From Squalus acanthias (lineage: Eukaryota): 64,000 bases of DNA. The position numbers and the translations under genes are program-made. The notes below the pieces were generated by a model. It was not told where the DNA came from and did no database searches. It saw only the letters and a program-made list of their open reading frames with translations. Below, in pieces: positions 62,782-64,000 of the stretch. The stretch spans positions 83,516,001 through 83,580,000 of the forward strand of contig CM059432.1 in NCBI GenBank assembly GCA_030390025.1. The letters run 5' to 3'. Numbering within the stretch: the first letter of the stretch is position 1; each line of letters opens with the position of its first letter.

Positions 62782-62965
62782 GGGGGGAATTTTTCAGAGG
62801 GTCAGCGGGTGCGTTCGGTGGCGGGTCGGGTGGGAAATTTTTTTTTTGATTGGGTCAGGACCCCACTGTCAACCTGCGCCTTTCTGAGATGTCGGGTCTG
62901 TCAGCGCTGAACAGACCCGACATGCAGTGGCGGGGGAGGCAATTCAGGTCATTATGACCTTATTA
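62782..62965. mobile_element. Left end of a Harbinger-like MITE, interrupted by CR1
   Basis: GGGGGGAATTTT terminus; GC-rich subterminal region resembling the reverse complement of 18200-18375. Confidence 0.5.
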
Positions 62966-64000
62966 ACATAAGAACATAAGACATAGGACGTAGGAGCAGG
63001 AGTAGGTCATTTGGCCCCTCGAGTCTGCTCCGCCATTCAATAAGATCATGGCTGATCTGATCTGGGCCTCAACTCCACTTCCTGCCCGCTCCCCATAAGC
63101 CTTGACTCTGGGGAAGAGAATTCCAAAGATTCACGACCCTCTCAGAGAAGAAATTCCTCCTCATTTCTTTTTTAAATGGGTGCCCCCTTATTCTGAAATT
63201 ATGCCCCCTAGTTCTAGATTCCCCCACGAGGGGAAACATCCTCTCTGCATCTACCCTATCAAGCCCCTTCAGAATCTTATATGTTTCAATAAGATCCCCT
63301 CTCATTCTTCTAAACTCCAATGAGTATTGGTCCAATCTGCTCAACCTTTCTTCATAAGACAACCCCTTCATCTCCGGAATCAACCTTGTGAACCTTCTCT
63401 GAACTGCCTCCAATGCATGTATATCCTTCCTTAAATAAGGAGACCAAAACTGTACGCAGTACTCCAGGTGTGGTCTCACCAACACCTTGTACAGTTGTAA
63501 CAGGACTTCCCTACTTTTATACTCCATTCCCTTTGCAATAAAGGCCAACATTCCATTTGCCTTCCTAATTACTTGCTGTACCTGCATGGTAACTTTTTGT
63601 GATTCATGTACAAGGACCCCCAGATCACTCTGTACCTCAGCATTTTGTAATCTCTCCCCATTTAAATAACAATTTGCTTTTTTACTTTTCCTACCAAAGT
63701 GGATAACCTCGCATTTTCCCACATTATACTCCATCTGCCAGAATTTTGCCCACTCACTTAGCCTATCTATAGCCCTTTGGAGATTCTTTGTGTCCTCCAC
63801 ACAATTTGCTTTCCCACCTATTTTTGTATCATCAGCAAATTTGGCTACATTACACTCGGTCCCTTCATCCAAGTCATTAATATAGATTGTAAATAGTTGA
63901 GGCCCCAGCACTGATCCCTGCAGTACCCCACTGGTTACAGTTTGACAACCTGAAAATGACCCATTTATCCCGACTCTCTGTTTTCTGTTAGTTAGCCAAT
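62966..64000 (-). mobile_element. CR1 LINE 3' part (runs off window)
   Basis: 280-aa open RT C-terminus 63069-63911; aagaacat tail. Confidence 0.95.

Noticed and set aside
1..64000. CRISPR arrays, prokaryotic operons, rRNA
   Set aside because: No repeat-spacer periodicity or such genes; the sequence is vertebrate-like repeat DNA.

Overview
This is eukaryotic, repeat-dominated DNA, most likely from a cartilaginous fish (inferred from HE1/V-SINE-like, Deu-domain SINE and CR1 families). No host gene can be confidently called. The window is a nested transposon landscape. It holds eight CR1 LINE insertions (all on the minus strand), a large set of PIF/Harbinger elements (one near-complete copy with DDE transposase and a spliced Myb/SANT partner gene, plus decayed copies and MITEs), and a hAT-like element. 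It also holds Penelope-like insertions carrying minimal hammerhead ribozymes, several tRNA-derived SINEs, and one very young full-length Ty3/Gypsy element (48740-53248). Highlights: (1) the Gypsy element has no tRNA-type PBS, but a 13-nt PBS perfectly complementary to its own LTR (candidate self-priming), a YLDN RT motif, and only three homopolymer +/-1 lesions; (2) a 748-bp Penelope-derived foldback with 320-bp arms and an intact hammerhead on each strand; (3) a TGACGTCA palindrome at a near-fixed distance from Harbinger ends.
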